Source: Chrysemys picta bellii (lineage: Eukaryota). Taken from it: a DNA stretch of 64,000 nucleotides. The stretch covers positions 197,346,001 to 197,410,000 of the forward strand of contig NC_088793.1 in assembly GCF_011386835.1 (NCBI RefSeq), given 5' to 3'. Position numbers and translations under genes: made by a program. Under the pieces are notes generated by a model, which saw only the letters and a list, made by a program, of their open reading frames with translations, made no database searches and was not told where the DNA came from. This document shows, piece by piece, positions 60,307-64,000 of this stretch (its first letter is position 1; each line of letters opens with the position of its first letter).

Positions 60307-60700
60307 GGTTGTGCACACTGCACATTAAGCCTGGGTTCTAACTCAGGTTTGAGCCCAAGCCCCACTTCTTTCCATACACAAGTCAATCCACACAAAAGTT
60401 GAGTCAACAAGCACTAAGACTCAGGCCCTAGAATCCTGGTAGGGAGTTAATCAGAGCCCAAATCCCACTGTGTATCAGACTCTCATTTTGCAGCCTGGAT
60501 ACAGCTCAAATTGCAGGCCCAAGTCAGAAGGTCTGTCTAGTGCAGTATGGACATATTAACACAGCTGTGATACCCGGGTCCAGCAATTGTAAGCCCAGGT
60601 TTGCAAAGCAGTGTGTATATTCAAGCATTGGCTTGGAAACACCAAGTCCATAAGCCCAGGTCCCACAGGCCTGAGTTTATAGTGCAGTGTAGACAGACCC
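60307..60700. mobile_element. PIF/Harbinger-type MITE (degenerate)
   Basis: GGTTGTGCACACTGCAC...GTGCAGTGTAGACAGACCC. Confidence 0.65.
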
Positions 60701-61798
60701 CAAATCTCCACAACGCTTTGCTAGTGACAGGCAGCAAACTCCTTCAGGCGCTGTTATCACTCAGCACAGCAGCATGTGGAGCCCCACACCCAGCTAGGTT
60801 GCATGAATGCTCACAAAGCCACTCATGAATCACACAGAGAAAGGCACCAGCTTATTCTCCCCAGCCTTGCACCCCAGAGCTGTACCGCCTTGCACTGGTC
60901 AGAAACCTGACCAGGGTAAGTTCATTACCCAGTCCACCCCTCCCTCAATGTGGAGCCGACATGCACCAGCCTTTGTAGATTGAGCTGAGATTTCCCAACC
61001 TTTCAAGCAATATACACTGTTTTAGGTAAAGTATAAAACAGATTTATTAACTACAGAAAGATTTTAAGTGATTATAAGTGGTAGACATAAAAGGTCAGAA
61101 ATAGTTACAGAAGAAAATAAAAGATGAATACACAATCTAAATTTTAAACCTTATTACACTAGGCAGTATTTAGATCAAGCAATTTTCTCACCCCCCTGGA
61201 TGTTACAGTTCTTAATGTACAGGCTTTTCCCTGAAGCATGGAACAGTCTCCTTAGATGAAGCCTTCATCGTCTCACAGTTCTTGTTGCTTTTCTCCTCCC
61301 CGACCTATGCTGAAAGCAAAGGCATGCTGCCATTGTTCTCTATTTTATATCCTTAATCCATGTACCTAGAAGACACTTGCCCAGACATGTTCTGGTGGGC
61401 TTTGCTGAGTCACTGGGTTGAACAATCCCCCTGGTGTGGTCTTGTGCAACTGAGTCATAGAGTTTGAGCAGTCCCCGTTTTGTAGTGCTTGGGCAGTGTT
61501 CATTGGTTACAACTCCCCTGCTGATTAATGGTCGTTGAGCACCTCCTCGGAGTGGTTTGCCTTCTTTGTATGTCACTAGCAACCTTACAGCATATTTCAG
61601 TAACAACCATACAGCAAAATCTCATAACTTGATGCTCACTAACGATATACATATTTCAGCAGAACAATGGATTTCAGTAGAACCTGACCTGATCATATGA
61701 TATCTTACATGGCAAACTTTGTATGAAACATGTCATAATTACATGACAGTGGTGAATATGGGGATTCCAGAGCGCTGCTTTGAGGTACAGAGTGCCGC
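60701..61798. mobile_element. LTR remnant with one TG..CA-type end at 61798; the other end is lost
   Basis: Ends GAGGTACAGAGTGCCGCA; interior resembles turtle LTRs as I recall them; interrupts the L1. Confidence 0.6.
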
Positions 61799-63650
61799 AG
61801 TTCTCCTTTCCAATTTTGCTGTGTTGGCTTGTGCTGATAGACTTCTTTCTTCATCTGGCAAGTCAAACAATATATTGAATTACATAAATAGATCAAATGT
61901 GATCTCTTCTATTAAAACTTAGCAGCATTTAACCACTGTTCCTGTTCCTTGCCACTGTTTTTGTCTAGTTCCTGCTATCTGTGGGAGCCTGGGCTCTCCT
62001 TTCTTCCTTCAAGGGTATGCTGGTTACCTGCTGGTGAGGGGAGTCTATTTAGAAGACATAGTCTGTCTTAAGTGCATATATTATAACACGCCATTATAAG
62101 ATTGATATAAGTATTAGAATGTTTGATAATCATTGGAAAAGGGTCAATTATGGTGGAAAATATATAATCCTGAATTGTACAGCTCTTAATGTCCATCACA
62201 AAGGGAGAGCTGGGTCTCCACTGTACTGTTAACTTTGTTCATTGAATACTATGAACCACAGCCTTAAATAATGTTATGCTCATTAACTATACTGTATCCA
62301 TATGAAGTATTTTTGGTGCTATACAACCCAGTTTCCATTTAATCTTCCCATCATAACTGTATAAAATTGGTAGATTTTAATGCCTTAACCCATATTCCAG
62401 GCTTGTTCTATATTTGGTCTACTACGTCTCTCTCAGGTCAGCCCTGTTGTTTTGGTAATGCATCTTTTTTTTATTGCTTTCCTTGGTCTGTTTTCCCAGT
62501 TGTTTGGTGACATGTAGGTCCAGTTTCTTTGTTCCTGAACTGATTTGTCTATTCCCAAATCCATAAGTATCTATTTCTCTCCTTTGAATCTGAAAAACCC
62601 TTCTGGCTTTCCATTTAAAGGAAAGTCTAAATGGGAAAGCCGACTTGTTTTTTTTAAATATTGTTTTTCCTAGCAGTTGTGGTTATCTGGTACAATTCCT
62701 TTCATTGTCTAAAGACTGAGATTGCCAGATCTGGGAACATTTTTATGGGTTGATTTAAAATCACCAGCGGTCCAAATTTATGGGTCCGCAGCCTACTGAG
62801 TGCAAGGCGGGGGAAGTGGGGTCGGAATTCTATGGGTACTGTCAATACAGATGCATGCCTTGCTGCCCAATTTTAGCATATCTTGGAAAATACCATTCAG
62901 CATTCCCAGGAGATTTCTTCCTTCAGTTTGTCTCCAGGATGTCATTAATCTTGATTTTTCTGCATTCCCGATCTTCAGTGTTCTCTAGTTTTAATTTTGT
63001 CTTTTTCTGTCTCAAATTATTTGGAGTCTTCAACTACTCTGCTAGTATTGTTTACTCATTTAATCCTGTTTCCACCTATATCTTTTTAATCTCATATATT
63101 TCATTGTCCTTAATGTTGGTCTGAAGCTCTTCTTTCACCTCCTTATTCATAATTTCTCCTAGCAGATCCTTCCGGTTAGCCTTCGTGAACTGACCGATGT
63201 TTCTCTTTCTGTCTCCAGTTTGTTCAGTGAAGGAGAAGCATTATCATTTTCAATGGTGTCTTTGTTTTTTTTATGATGGAAAAACTTTCTTCCTTTCCCA
63301 GACATGTGGCTTCTATAATCTTTTTAACTCCTCAATGCTTTGGGCTTCCTCTTTGTCTGTCTGGCCCCTCTCAAGATGGCTGTCACTGCACTTCCTCTCC
63401 GCTTGTTCATCTCTTCTCAAGATGGCTACAGCTATGCTTCTTTCCCTGGTTACAAATGTAAATTTTAATGGGTTTTATAGCTTGTTGCATTCACTCACTA
63501 TCCTCTTGCATGACAATGAAGGTTAAGATAATCACTTGCAGGCTTATCTCTGCCGGATAATCACTTCGACTTGTTACACAGATTTTTAGATTGTAATGAA
63601 GCATTGTGGTTAAGGCACTGGACTGGATATCCCTGACTGAGTCTCTAGAT

Positions 63651-64000
63651 CAGAGTGGGCAAACTATGGCCCGCGGGACCATTCTCCCCGGCCCCTGAGC
63701 TCCTGCCCTGGCAGGCTAGCCCCCGGCCCCTCCCCTGCTGTTCCCCCTCCCCCGAAGCCTCAGCTCACTGTGCCACTGGCACAATGCTCTGGGCGGCGGG
63801 TCGGCGAGCTCCTGGGGCAATGCAGCTGCAGAGGCCCGGCCTGAACTGGTGCTCTGTGCTGCGTGGGCAGTCAGGAAGGAGGGGGGTTAGATGGGGCGGT
63901 GGGGGCAGTTAGGGGTGGGGGGTCCGGGGATAGTCAGGGAGAAAGGGTGATTGGATGGGGCAGAGGTCCCGGGGGGGGGGCAGTCAGGAATGAGAGTAGG
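63651..64000. mobile_element. hAT-Charlie MITE left end (runs off the window)
   Basis: CAGAGTGGGCAAACTATGGCCCGCGGG preceded by CTCTAGAT (NTCTAGAN Charlie target). Confidence 0.85.

Larger units (their letters stand above)
57040..63470 (-). mobile_element. Highly decayed, near-full-length L1/Tx1-clade LINE, interrupted by later insertions
   Basis: Colinear minus-strand remnants: ORF1 (LENTEDRECRKIKI...IDSTHRIP, 62750-63300), EN (about 61900-62420), tether (FYIVLY, 58700-58980), RT (RPILLLNIDMNMFSK...AFDKVE.PFL, 58050-58600), C-terminal LAIPNLLKYYW (about 57380) and HTFW (about 57050). Confidence 0.75.

Noticed and set aside
1-64000. CRISPR arrays, prokaryotic operons, intact tRNA/rRNA/snoRNA genes, NUMTs, processed pseudogenes
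   Set aside because: Eukaryotic intron-exon locus; tandem repeats lack unique spacers, tRNA-like pieces are decayed SINE-type heads, and no mitochondrial or retrocopy sequence was recognised.

Overview
Vertebrate genomic DNA, probably turtle (inferred from the CR1, Penelope, DIRS, hAT and Harbinger repeat complement). The + strand carries the 5' part of TASP1 (taspase 1, an Ntn-hydrolase threonine aspartase). A CpG-island promoter and non-coding exon 1 (donor at 120/121) are followed by nine coding exons: 7467-7605, 11940-12007, 15010-15078, 29042-29162, 30605-30689, 32333-32412, 46335-46441, 55695-55814, 56861-56939. They have GT-AG borders, compatible phases and no stops, giving 868 nt of CDS that includes the NLS/NoLS and the D|T autocleavage site; the remaining exons lie beyond the window. 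Nearly all supplied ORFs are intronic repeat remnants or artefacts. The introns contain several notable elements: a compact, internally deleted DIRS1-type retrotransposon keeping both ITRs and the ICR; two copies of a hAT element built from two transposase 3' ends in inverted orientation; Penelope pLTR fragments, one with a hammerhead ribozyme motif; a decayed near-full-length L1/Tx1-clade LINE; a CR1>LTR>MITE nest; and many MITEs with intact TSDs. At the RNA level there are three uORFs, a 5' splice site regenerated at the start of exon 2, a recursive-splice-like motif, and candidate poison exons and microexons around exon 5. I found no clearly new protein-coding system; the strongest leads are TE architecture and TASP1 splicing/translation control. 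Repeat and homology assignments come from motif recognition, not database searches.
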